From an uncultured bacterium (GTDB lineage: Bacteria > Abyssobacteria > SURF-5), in contig CAZEBC010000060.1 in assembly GCA_964510165.1 (NCBI GenBank), forward strand, positions 1 to 17,922: 17,922 nt of DNA. Direction: 5' to 3'. The notes beneath the pieces were generated by a model, which did no database searches, was not told the origin of the DNA, and worked only from the letters and a program-made list of their open reading frames with translations. Below, piece after piece: positions 1 to 8,530 of this stretch. The position numbers were made by a program, and so were the translations under genes. Position 1 is the first letter of the stretch; each line of letters starts with the position of its first letter.

Positions 1-1243
1 TCTCCAGGAGATACCCCGGCCATGAACTCACGACCAGCGCGTCCGAATCTGTGTTGGACTCTATTATACCCGCGATCCGCCTGACCGTCTCCGGCTTCCA
101 ATCGCTCGGTTCCGTGCCCGGGTCCTTGCCGGGGACTTCCTCGCCGCGCACAAACAGCGCATCAACGCGCGACGTCGCCCACCCCGCATAGACCAACGAG
201 AAACAGAGGAATGCGATCGGCAGCGCTTCCCGAAGCCGTCCCGACATCGCGCCCATCGCCCGCACCGACTCCGCCAGTGCAATGACCATGAATGGGACAA
301 GCACGCAGAAGTACTGGCCAAACGTTGGCGTGGGCAGCAGCGAGGCCGCCCCGAGCGCGAGCGCCAGGGTCGCAGACATCAGACCCAGCCCACCAACCTT
401 CTTCCAGAGCGCACATGCAAGCACGACCCCCGGAAACAAAAGCGTGAACTGCGTCGGGCGCACCGTGCCGGGACCGATAAACAGCTTCCGTGCCACGTTC
501 AGCTTCTGCGCAAGGTCGCCAACCAATCCCGCCGGGTCTCGCATGCCGTGATAGAGGATATTATCATAGATGAATTGCCGCGGAGCGATCGCGAGGAAGT
601 TCAGAGTGGGAAGCATGCCGACCAAAAATCCCGCGGCGAACCGCAAGAACGACTTCCTGCTCTCGGCGCCAAGCCACAGCCAGAGACCGAGAACCGGCAC
701 GGCCGCCGCGAAGAACAGCCTGGTTTGTACGCTGAACGCAAGCAGCGCCCCGCACAGCCAATGCCGCCACGGCTTTCCTTCCGCATCCACCCCCGCCAGC
801 ATTCCGCCGAACAGCAACGCCGTCGAAAGCGCGTACGTTTTGGCCGTCAGGAAGAACAGCAGCGCCGATAGATTGAAGGCATACAGAAGCAGCGCCGCCG
901 AGGCGAGCGAAAGCCTTGCCGACCTTCGCCACACCGCGCCGAACAACAATGCGCCCATCAGCGCCGAAAGAAACGCGGAGAACGCGCGCCCCGCCTCCCA
1001 ACTGAAACCGAACAGCTTCATCCAGCCGCCGTACAGAAACGGCAGCAGCGGCATCTGCTGGTAAAATACGTCCCGGTAAAGCACCATCCCCTTCGTCATC
1101 ATGAGCTTCGGAATGAACAGATAAAAGCCCTCATCGCTGTCGATGAGCCTTCGCGACGCAAGAAAGAGATAGAAGAGAAATTGGAGGAGGAAAACACCCG
1201 CAAGCAGGCCGGCCCGCCGCGCCCTTCCGCCCGCGGAATTCAT
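1..1243 (-). CDS. GT-C fold polytopic membrane glycosyltransferase (ArnT/PMT_2-like, GT39/GT83 type); 3' end truncated by window edge
   Basis: Manual translation from ATG 1243, 1 nt after the uvrA stop: MNSAGGRARRAGLLAGVFLLQFLFYLFLASRRLIDSDEGFYLFIPKLMMTKGMVLYRDVFYQQMPLLPFLYGGWMKLFG... The frame appears open to position 1 (>414 aa) with many hydrophobic TM segments. An acidic DE pair in the first loop after TM1 followed by Y...P-P-like segments is the typical GT-C N-terminal signature. Absent from the ORF track because no stop lies in the window. Confidence 0.75.
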   Translation of the reverse strand, partial: MNSAGGRARRAGLLAGVFLLQFLFYLFLASRRLIDSDEGFYLFIPKLMMTKGMVLYRDVFYQQMPLLPFLYGGWMKLFGFSWEAGRAFSAFLSALMGALLFGAVWRRSARLSLASAALLLYAFNLSALLFFLTAKTYALSTALLFGGMLAGVDAEGKPWRHWLCGALLAFSVQTRLFFAAAVPVLGLWLWLGAESRKSFLRFAAGFLVGMLPTLNFLAIAPRQFIYDNILYHGMRDPAGLVGDLAQKLNVARKLFIGPGTVRPTQFTLLFPGVVLACALWKKVGGLGLMSATLALALGAASLLPTPTFGQYFCVLVPFMVIALAESVRAMGAMSGRLREALPIAFLCFSLVYAGWATSRVDALFVRGEEVPGKDPGTEPSDWKPETVRRIAGIIESNTDSDALVVSSWPGYLLE

Positions 1244-1244
1244 A

Positions 1245-4127
1245 TCAGACTGCGACGCGCTCACGCAGAGCTGAGACATCCTTGTGTTCAAGAATCGGCC
1301 TCAGGAATTTGCCGGTATACGAGTTCTCGCAAGCGGCCACTTCTTCCGGCGTCCCCGTGGCGACGACGTATCCGCCCCGGTCTCCGCCTTCCGGCCCCAG
1401 GTCAATTATATGATCGGCCGTCTTGATGACGTCCAGATTGTGCTCGATGACGACCACCGTGTTGCCGGCGTCCACCAGCCGGCTCAAAATCGCCAGCAGG
1501 CGCTTGATATCCTCGAAATGCAAACCCGTCGTCGGCTCATCGAGTATGTACAACGTCTTGCCCGTCTGACGGCGAGAGAGTTCCGCCGAAAGCTTCACGC
1601 GCTGGGCCTCGCCGCCCGACAGCGTCGTTGACGATTGCCCCAGCTTGATATACCCCAGGCCGACGTCGTACAAGGTCTGAAGCTTCTCCTTGATGGCAGG
1701 AATGTCCTGGAAAAACTCGAGCGCGCTCTCAACCGTCATGTCGAGCACGTCCGCGATGCTCTTCCCCTTGTACTTGACCGCGAGAGTCTCCCGGTTGTAT
1801 CGAAGCCCGCCGCATGCCTCGCACATGACATACACGTCCGGCAGAAAGTGCATCTCGATCTTGATCATGCCGTCGCCCGTACATGCCTCGCAACGGCCGC
1901 CCTTCACATTGAAGCTGAACCTGCCCGGCCGGTATCCCCGCATCTTCGCGTCCGGCACCCTCGCAAACAGATCGCGTATGTGCGTGAAGACGCCCGTATA
2001 CGTGGCCGGATTCGAACGCGGCGTCCGACCTATCGGCGACTGGTCTATGTCAATCACCTTGTCAACGTGCTCGATTCCCCGCAACTCCGAATATGGCCCG
2101 GCTTGCAGCTTCGAGCGGTGCAGTATCCTGGACAGCGCCGGATACAGCGTCTCGTCCACCAGCGACGATTTCCCCGATCCCGACACGCCCGTCACGCAAA
2201 TGAACACGCCCAAGGGGAACTCGATGGCCACGTCCTTGAGATTGTTGTGTCTTGCGCCCACGACCGCCAGCGTCTTCCCGTTTGACGCTCGCCGGCTCTC
2301 GGGAAGCTCTATCCCCAGCGCGTGGCTCAGATACTTGCCCGTCAGCGACTCCTCGCTCTTCATGATTTCCTCGGGAGTTCCGGTCACCACGACCTGCCCG
2401 CCGTGAACGCCCGCGCCCGGGCCGAGGTCAACCACGAAGTCCGCCGTGCGGATGGTCGCCTCGTCGTGCTCGACCACGATCACCGTGTTCCCCAGGTCTC
2501 GCAGCCTCAGCAGCGTATTAAGGAGACGGCGGTTGTCGCGCTGATGAAGCCCGATGCTCGGCTCATCCAATATGTAGAGCACGCCGACAAGCCCCGACCC
2601 GACCTGCGTTGCAAGCCTGATCCGCTGCGACTCGCCGCCCGACAACGTGCCCGCCGCCCGGTCAAGCGTGAGATAGTCCAGTCCCACATTCAAGAGAAAG
2701 TCGAGCCTCTCGCGCATCTCCTTGAGAATCCTGCCCGCTATCACGCTCTGCGTCTTCGAAAGCTTCAGACCCTCGAAGAACGCGCGCGCCTCCTTGACGG
2801 AAAGCTCCGCTATCTCCGCGATGTTCTTTCCACCCACGCGAACGGCTAGGCTCTCCGGCTTCAGCCTGCCGCCCCCGCACGCGCTGCACTTGCGCGGCCT
2901 CATATACGATTCGATATATTCCCGGATCGCCGCCGAATCGGTCTCCTTGTACCTCCGCTCCAGGTTCGGAATGATTCCCTCAAACGCCTTATGGAACTCA
3001 TATCGGTTGCGCCCGTGCGAGAGCGAGAAATCAAGCTCCTCGCCGTCCGAGCCGTAGAGCAGAATCTTCTGATGACGCGCGTCCAGTTTTCCAAACGGCA
3101 CGTCGGTGCGAAAACCGTAGTGCTCGCTTACCTGCTGAATAAGCTGGCCGAAGTAGCGCGAGTTCTTCTGTACCGACTGCCACGGCTCAATCGCCCCCGC
3201 GCGCAGGCTCTTGGAGCGGTCGGGCACCACGAGGTCGGGGTCTATCTCCATGCTGGTCCCCAGACCGCTGCACGCCTGACACGCCCCGTGCGGACTATTG
3301 AACGAGAACACCCGGGGCTCCAGCTCCGCCAGGCTCACGCCGCAATCAATGCACGCCAGCTTCTCGCTGAATATCTGCTCCACGGGCTTCTTCCGGCGGT
3401 CGTCGGCTTCGTACAAGAGCGTCATAATCCCCTTGCCGAGCCGGAGCGTGGTCTCGACCGAATCGGTCAACCGCGTCCGCATCCCCGGCTTCACCACCAG
3501 CCGGTCCACCACCACATCAATATCGTGCGCCTTCCGCTTGGCCAGCTTTATCTCCTGGCTGCCAATATCGTAAATCTTGCCATCAACGCGCACGCGCACG
3601 TAGCCTTCCTTGCGCACGTTCTCGAAGATGTGGCGATACTCGCCCTTGCGCCCCCTCACCAGCGGCGCCAAAAGCGTCAGCCGCGTGCCCTCCGGCATCG
3701 AGGAAATCTGGTCGGTTATCTCCTGCGCGGTCTGTGACGCTATGACCTTGCCGCACTTGTAACAATGCGGCGTGCCGACCCGCGCGAAGAGCACCCGCAG
3801 ATAATCGTAAATCTCGGTCACCGTCGCCACCGTCGAGCGCGGGTTCCGCCCGGCCGTCTTCTGCTCGATCGAGATCGCCGGCGAAAGCCCCTCGATGTGC
3901 TCCACGTCCGGCTTCTGCATCTGCTCGAGGAACTGGCGGGCGTACGCTGAGAGGCTCTCCACATACCGACGCTGACCCTCGGCATATATCGTGTCAAACG
4001 CAAGCGAGGATTTGCCCGAGCCGCTCAGACCCGTGATCACAACCAGCTTGTCGCGCGGGATGCGCAAGTCTATGTTCTTGAGGTTGTGCTCCTTGGCCCC
4101 TCGTATCTCGATGAACCGCTGCTCCAT
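1245..4127 (-). CDS. uvrA: Excinuclease ABC subunit A
   Basis: 960 aa. N-terminus [14 protein letters not shown], two Walker A motifs ([18 protein letters not shown]), two ABC signatures ([16 protein letters not shown]), CxxC zinc-finger pairs and the [15 protein letters not shown] motif. Confidence 0.99.
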   Translation of the reverse strand: MEQRFIEIRGAKEHNLKNIDLRIPRDKLVVITGLSGSGKSSLAFDTIYAEGQRRYVESLSAYARQFLEQMQKPDVEHIEGLSPAISIEQKTAGRNPRSTVATVTEIYDYLRVLFARVGTPHCYKCGKVIASQTAQEITDQISSMPEGTRLTLLAPLVRGRKGEYRHIFENVRKEGYVRVRVDGKIYDIGSQEIKLAKRKAHDIDVVVDRLVVKPGMRTRLTDSVETTLRLGKGIMTLLYEADDRRKKPVEQIFSEKLACIDCGVSLAELEPRVFSFNSPHGACQACSGLGTSMEIDPDLVVPDRSKSLRAGAIEPWQSVQKNSRYFGQLIQQVSEHYGFRTDVPFGKLDARHQKILLYGSDGEELDFSLSHGRNRYEFHKAFEGIIPNLERRYKETDSAAIREYIESYMRPRKCSACGGGRLKPESLAVRVGGKNIAEIAELSVKEARAFFEGLKLSKTQSVIAGRILKEMRERLDFLLNVGLDYLTLDRAAGTLSGGESQRIRLATQVGSGLVGVLYILDEPSIGLHQRDNRRLLNTLLRLRDLGNTVIVVEHDEATIRTADFVVDLGPGAGVHGGQVVVTGTPEEIMKSEESLTGKYLSHALGIELPESRRASNGKTLAVVGARHNNLKDVAIEFPLGVFICVTGVSGSGKSSLVDETLYPALSRILHRSKLQAGPYSELRGIEHVDKVIDIDQSPIGRTPRSNPATYTGVFTHIRDLFARVPDAKMRGYRPGRFSFNVKGGRCEACTGDGMIKIEMHFLPDVYVMCEACGGLRYNRETLAVKYKGKSIADVLDMTVESALEFFQDIPAIKEKLQTLYDVGLGYIKLGQSSTTLSGGEAQRVKLSAELSRRQTGKTLYILDEPTTGLHFEDIKRLLAILSRLVDAGNTVVVIEHNLDVIKTADHIIDLGPEGGDRGGYVVATGTPEEVAACENSYTGKFLRPILEHKDVSALRERVAV

Positions 4128-4134
4128 ATCCCGC

Positions 4135-4803
4135 CTAAATCTCCCAACCGTACCGCCCGATCAGCGGCACAAACACGCACGCGGTGATGTCGCGCTCTTC
4201 GAATCGGTCTCCTACGCGAGTGATCCGCTTACACATCTGAAACTTCTTTGTGCCCACTGGAACCACCAGCCGGCCGCCCTCCGCAAGCTGCTCAAGCAGC
4301 GACTCCGGTATCTCGGGCGCGCCCGCCGTCACAAGAATCGCGTCGAACGGCCCGTTGCCGGCCAGGCCCCTGCTGCCGTCTCCCGAAATGACCGTCACGT
4401 TGCGGTACTCAAGACGCCGCAACGTCGCATACGCAACACACGCCAACTTCTGGCGGCGCTCCATCGTGTACACGTGCAACGCCAGCCTCGACAGCACCGC
4501 CGCCTGGTAACCACTGCCCGTTCCTATCTCCAGAACGATGTCAGTGGGCTTGAGCAGCAACTCTTGCGTCATGATGGCGACCATGAACGGCTGCGATATC
4601 GTCTGCTCTTCTCCAATGGCGAGCGGATGGTCGCCGTACGCCCGACCGCGCAACTCCTCAGGCACAAACTCGTGCCTCGGCACAAGCAACATGGCCGCAA
4701 GCACCCGCTCATCGGCTATGCCGCGTCCGCGAAGCTGCCGCTCCACCATCAGGCGGCGCGCTTCCCCGAACCCGAAGAGCCCTCCCGATCTGCCCAACAC
4801 CAT
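4135..4803 (-). CDS. pcm: Protein-L-isoaspartate(D-aspartate) O-methyltransferase
   Basis: Motifs [67 protein letters not shown]. Exact start uncertain. Confidence 0.97.
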   Translation of the reverse strand: MVLGRSGGLFGFGEARRLMVERQLRGRGIADERVLAAMLLVPRHEFVPEELRGRAYGDHPLAIGEEQTISQPFMVAIMTQELLLKPTDIVLEIGTGSGYQAAVLSRLALHVYTMERRQKLACVAYATLRRLEYRNVTVISGDGSRGLAGNGPFDAILVTAGAPEIPESLLEQLAEGGRLVVPVGTKKFQMCKRITRVGDRFEERDITACVFVPLIGRYGWEI

Positions 4804-4910
4804 CTCCCAAGCCGGCCAAGTTACTTATGGTAATCTAGTGGCTTGCCAGTAGCTTCATCCCGCCGGAGGCGAAAGGGACTCAACTGAGAAAACCGCCCTC
4901 CAGGAAGATC

Positions 4911-4993
4911 TCCTTCCCGCGAAGCTTGTCCTCAACTTGATCGGGCAACGGGAATCCACGGAAAGATGTCATTCCCGCAAAAGCGGAGATTCA
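4911..4993. repeat. Two degenerate ATTCCCGC...GCGGGAATCC-type palindromic repeats
   Basis: 4911-4958 tccTTCCCGcgaagcttgtcctcaacttgatcgggcaaCGGGAAtcca and 4968-4993 gtcATTCCCGCaaaaGCGGagattca. Both resemble the dRS3-like ATTCCC-N-GGGAAT intergenic repeat pattern. Confidence 0.6.
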
Positions 4994-5043
4994 TGCCGTC
5001 TTCTTAGAATTATCATTCTCCCGGCGCGCCACCGGGCCAGCCA

Positions 5044-5190
5044 CTACCCCTCGATCAGAGAGTCAATCTGCTTGACTACCGCCTCGGCCACCTCCTTCTT
5101 TATTGTGTCCGAAATCTTGTAATTGTGTTCTCTCTCAAGGAGTTCCAATGTCTTTATCACGACCCGATACGAGAAACTCTCGAGTTTCAT
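5044..5190 (-). CDS. Small hypothetical protein, 48 aa (MKLESFSYRVVIKTLELLEREHNYKISDTIKKEVAEAVVKQIDSLIEG)
   Basis: ATG 5190 with GGAGG 5 nt upstream (5196-5200) and TAG at 5044-5046. A sigma70-like promoter lies about 60 nt upstream. Composition is natural-looking, charged and amphipathic helical. Below the ORF track length cutoff. Confidence 0.7.
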   Translation of the reverse strand: MKLESFSYRVVIKTLELLEREHNYKISDTIKKEVAEAVVKQIDSLIEG

Positions 5191-5247
5191 CCCGGCCTCC
5201 AATTCCCTCAGTTAGTCGCGCGGCGGCCCCTCCAGCCCGCCCCAAAA

Positions 5248-5277
5248 AGTATAGCACGCCCTCAAAAACTTAGTCAA
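5248..5277 (-). promoter_or_regulatory. Sigma70-like promoter for the small ORF (possibly also pcm-uvrA-GT)
   Basis: Minus strand TTGACT-N18-TATACT with extended -10 TGc. Confidence 0.6.
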
Positions 5278-5440
5278 CGTGTCGAATCACAGCAACAGAC
5301 GTTGTCTTCAACGATGTGGTCACATCAGCAATACCGTGCAGCATGGTCACGGATATGCGTCTCATTCAAGTATCCTCGCCGAGGTCTCCGAGAAACGGAT
5401 TCATAACCCGAAACTCGATATCCGGAACCCTCCTTTCCCC

Positions 5441-5469
5441 TTGACATTCTACGCTTGCGCGGGTACAAT
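5441..5469 (+). promoter_or_regulatory. Sigma70 promoter upstream of histidine kinase
   Basis: TTGACA (5441-5446), 17-nt spacer, TACAAT (5464-5469); near-perfect consensus. Confidence 0.75.
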
Positions 5470-5738
5470 TAATACAGATTACATGTTTTCCGACCGATTC
5501 AGTCGGGTTGTCCACCCTCGCCGCTGGTCATACTGATTTTCCCTTGTCCCCTTGTTTAGCCATTGCGCGCCACTATTTTGTGCGGGATACCCTTACACAT
5601 CCGGCGTTTGAATGACAAACTGGGCTTGGAACGGAAAGACAGGCAATAGATATGGATCAGTGCGACAGGGACAAAGCCGAGGCCGGCCCCAGGGCGGCCT
5701 CCACCGGGAACGCGCGCCAAATGGAGAAAGAGGAGACC

Positions 5739-8291
5739 ATGAAACGACCAACTGAACTGGCTCTGCATGACGCCTCCGACCTTCTCGAAAGGTTCTTTTC
5801 CACCACCGATGTCCTGATCGCCTTTCTCGACACCGACTTCAACTATATCCGCGTCAACCGCGCTTATGCCGAGCGGAGCGGACGCGACCAGCAATCCTAC
5901 ATTGACAGAAACCTCTTCAGCTGCTGCCCCGACAGCGAGGTCAAGGATGTCTTCCGCCGCGTCGTTGAAACCGGCATCCCCTATTCCGCCCACGCCAAAC
6001 CCTTCGAATGTGTGTGCCATGACGAGGGGGAAACGAAATACTGGGACTGGAGCCTCCATCCCACCAAGGACGCCTTCGGCAACGTCGAGGGACTGGTCTT
6101 GTGTCTGGTTGACGTCACCCGCCACGAACAGGCCGAACAGGAACTAAGAAAATACAGGCAGCGCTTGGAAGACCTGGTCGAGGAGCGCACCGCCGAACTA
6201 ACCTCGACCAATGAAAAGCTGCAACTGCAGGTTGACGCAACCCGGCAGGCCGTTGAAGCGTCGCGCGAAAGTGAGCGCTTCCTCGTCAGCATCTTCCGCA
6301 GCATCCAGGACGGCATCAGCATCCTCGACAAGGATTTCAACATCATTCGCGTCAACCCCACGATGCAGCGCTGGTACGAACATGCGGGCACGCTCGTGGG
6401 CAGAAAATGCTACGAGGCCTACCACGGCCGCTCCGAGCACTGCGAGGAGTGCCCTTCCCGCGAAACACTCCGCACCGGCCAGGCAAGCTACAGCGTCGTG
6501 CCCAAGACCGGCCCGGGCGGAAAAGTCGAGGGCTGGCTCGACCTCTACACCTTCCCCATGCTCGATACCGAGACCGGCCAGCTCAAGGGCGTCATCGAAT
6601 ACGTCCGCGACATCACCGACCGCAAACGCGCCGAGGAGGCCCTGCGCGAAAGCGAGGAGCGCTACCGCGGTCTCTTCGAGAACTCGGTCACCGGCAACTT
6701 CACGGTCGATCTCCGAGGTAATTACACCTCCTGCAACGATGCGACCTTGAAAGTGCTCGGCTACCCGCGCGAGGAAGTCATCGGCAGGAATTACCGCGAA
6801 CACGTGGCGCCCGAATACCACGACATGGTCTACCAGGCGTACAACCAGATGTTCAAGAGGGGCGTCCCCATCTCACAGATACGCTACGAGGTCATCACGA
6901 AGACCGGCGAGCGAAGGACCATCGAGGGCAACGTAAATCTGATACGCAAGGGCGACCAGACCGTCGGATTCCAGGGGACCGCGATCGATATAACCGAACG
7001 CACCCGGGCCGAAGAAGCGCTTCAGCGCGCGCTCAAGGACCTGAGACGCAAGACCGCCCAGCTTACCGCGCTCCTCAGGAGCACTCACGCAACTCTTGAA
7101 TATCGGGACTTTGATTCCGCCATCCGCGCCATCTTCGGCTCGCTCAAGAAACTCATAGGCGCGCCCGCGGGCTATGTCGCCCGCTCCAGCGAGGACGGTG
7201 AGCAGGAAGAAGTGGTGTTTATCGAATCCAGCCATTGCGCTCGCACCATCGATCCGCCGATCCCCATGCCGATCATTGGTATCCGTCGCGACGCCTATCG
7301 AAAGGCAAAGCCGGTCTACGATAACAACTTCGCCCATTCGGAAATGGCGCGCATGCTTCCGCCAGGCCATCAGCGTCTCGAGAATGTCCTCTTCGCGCCG
7401 CTCGTCCTCGAGGGAAAGGCCGTCGGCCTGATCGCGCTCGCAAACAAGCGAGGCGGTTTCACCGACGAAGACGCGCGCCTCGCCGCCGCCTTCGCCGACC
7501 ATGCCGCCATCACCTTCAGAAACAACCTGTATCTCGACGCGCTTCGAAAATCCGAGGAGCGCTATCGCCTTCTCTCCGAGAGCCTCGAGGAAACCGTCAG
7601 AAAGAAGGTCGCTGAACTGCATCAGGCCCAGAGCCTCGCCGCGCTCGGACAGGTGGTCTCCGTCGTCGCCCACGAGATACGCAACCCGCTCCAGAACATC
7701 GGCCTCGGGATCGAACTCTTGCGCGATGCGGCTGGCGATGACCCAGACAACCTCGACACACTGAACGGCATCGAGGCCGGCGTGGACATGCTCAACCGCA
7801 TCGTGGGCGAACTCCTGCAATACTCGCGCGCCGTCACGCTCGAGCGCTCCGACTGCACGGTCGAGGAAATCGTGCGCAAAGCGCTCGGAGCACTGCCCGA
7901 AAAACTCAACGGCATCACGGTCGAACTTAATCTGGAGCATGCGGACCGCACGGTCTCACTTGACGCCCCAAAGATGACCCGCGTGCTCGTCAACCTCATC
8001 TCTAACGCGGCAGAAGCCATGCCCGACGGCGGCGCCCTCCGCATATCCTCGCGCTTCACGGACGCTGACGGACAAACCCGGTTGAGCCTCGCCGTGTCCG
8101 ACACCGGCTGCGGCATCGACGAGTCCATCCTTCATCGAGTCGATGAACCGTTCTTCACCACGAAGAAGAAGGGCACAGGCCTGGGGCTCTCCATCTGCAA
8201 AAAAATCGTCGAGGCGCACAACGGCGGCCTGACCCTTCGCAGCAAGCCCAATCAGGGCACAACCGCCGAAATCACCATCCCCATCGCCTGA
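5739..8291 (+). CDS. Cytoplasmic multi-sensor histidine kinase (PAS-PAS-PAS-GAF-HisKA-HATPase_c)
   Basis: Three PAS/PAC units ending DVT/DIT, a GAF domain (LFAPLVLEGKAVGLIALANKRGGFTDED), H-box AHEIRNPL, N-box NLISNAAEAM, G1 DTGCGI, F-box PFFTTK and G2 GTGLGL. No TM segment. Start placed at ATG 5739 after GAGGAG; the ORF track start is 5652. Confidence 0.93.
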   Translation: MKRPTELALHDASDLLERFFSTTDVLIAFLDTDFNYIRVNRAYAERSGRDQQSYIDRNLFSCCPDSEVKDVFRRVVETGIPYSAHAKPFECVCHDEGETKYWDWSLHPTKDAFGNVEGLVLCLVDVTRHEQAEQELRKYRQRLEDLVEERTAELTSTNEKLQLQVDATRQAVEASRESERFLVSIFRSIQDGISILDKDFNIIRVNPTMQRWYEHAGTLVGRKCYEAYHGRSEHCEECPSRETLRTGQASYSVVPKTGPGGKVEGWLDLYTFPMLDTETGQLKGVIEYVRDITDRKRAEEALRESEERYRGLFENSVTGNFTVDLRGNYTSCNDATLKVLGYPREEVIGRNYREHVAPEYHDMVYQAYNQMFKRGVPISQIRYEVITKTGERRTIEGNVNLIRKGDQTVGFQGTAIDITERTRAEEALQRALKDLRRKTAQLTALLRSTHATLEYRDFDSAIRAIFGSLKKLIGAPAGYVARSSEDGEQEEVVFIESSHCARTIDPPIPMPIIGIRRDAYRKAKPVYDNNFAHSEMARMLPPGHQRLENVLFAPLVLEGKAVGLIALANKRGGFTDEDARLAAAFADHAAITFRNNLYLDALRKSEERYRLLSESLEETVRKKVAELHQAQSLAALGQVVSVVAHEIRNPLQNIGLGIELLRDAAGDDPDNLDTLNGIEAGVDMLNRIVGELLQYSRAVTLERSDCTVEEIVRKALGALPEKLNGITVELNLEHADRTVSLDAPKMTRVLVNLISNAAEAMPDGGALRISSRFTDADGQTRLSLAVSDTGCGIDESILHRVDEPFFTTKKKGTGLGLSICKKIVEAHNGGLTLRSKPNQGTTAEITIPIA

Positions 8292-8302
8292 GAGATTCGG
8301 TT

Positions 8303-8366
8303 GCAGGGGCGAATCCATTCACACAATTTTCCGGGCATTTTCGAGTGCGCATAAATTCGCGCCCCT
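8303..8366. repeat. Degenerate inverted pair of GTAG-type REP-like elements
   Basis: gcaggggcgaatccattcacac ... gtgcgcataaattcgcgcccct. The core is related to GTGCGAATTTATTCGCAC at 16903-16920. Confidence 0.5.
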
Positions 8367-8430
8367 CTTTCATCTCCTCCCACAAACCGCTTGGAAACAT
8401 CATGCCTGATGGTATATACTTCGGCAGCCT

Positions 8431-8469
8431 CTCACCCTGCCCTCTCCCGGTGGGAGAGGGTTGGGTGAG
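8431..8469. repeat. CCCTCTCCC-N3-GGGAGAGGG palindromic repeat (BoxC-like), copy 1
   Basis: ctcaccc-tg-ccctctccc-ggt-gggagaggg-tt-gggtgag hairpin; near-identical second copy at 17860-17892. Confidence 0.75.
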
Positions 8470-8530
8470 GGAGCAAGAGCCGGCAGTAATTCAAGAAATC
8501 CGTCTTGACTACTTCAGAAAGGCGCCACAT

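Noticed and set aside
64-1064. Short ORFs listed in the track over 64-1064
   Set aside because: All are shadow or alternate frames of the GT-C gene reading from 1243 off the left edge.
4830-4846. TGGCAAGCCACTAGATT upstream of pcm as a sigma54 promoter
   Set aside because: It has the -24 GG but lacks the -12 GC at the required spacing.
5610-5710. Possible c-di-GMP-I riboswitch in the kinase leader (gggacaaagcc...)
   Set aside because: Only a fragmentary resemblance; the GCAAAC...GAAA-tetraloop stem and P1 pairing cannot be built.
6008-6020. CVCH in kinase PAS1 as a heme c motif
   Set aside because: It is CxCH rather than CxxCH, and the protein is cytoplasmic.
8345-8530. N-terminal extension of the sulfatase ORF
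   Set aside because: It translates REP/BoxC-like repeats (LSPCPLPVGEGWVRE). The Tat signal and RBS point to ATG 8531.
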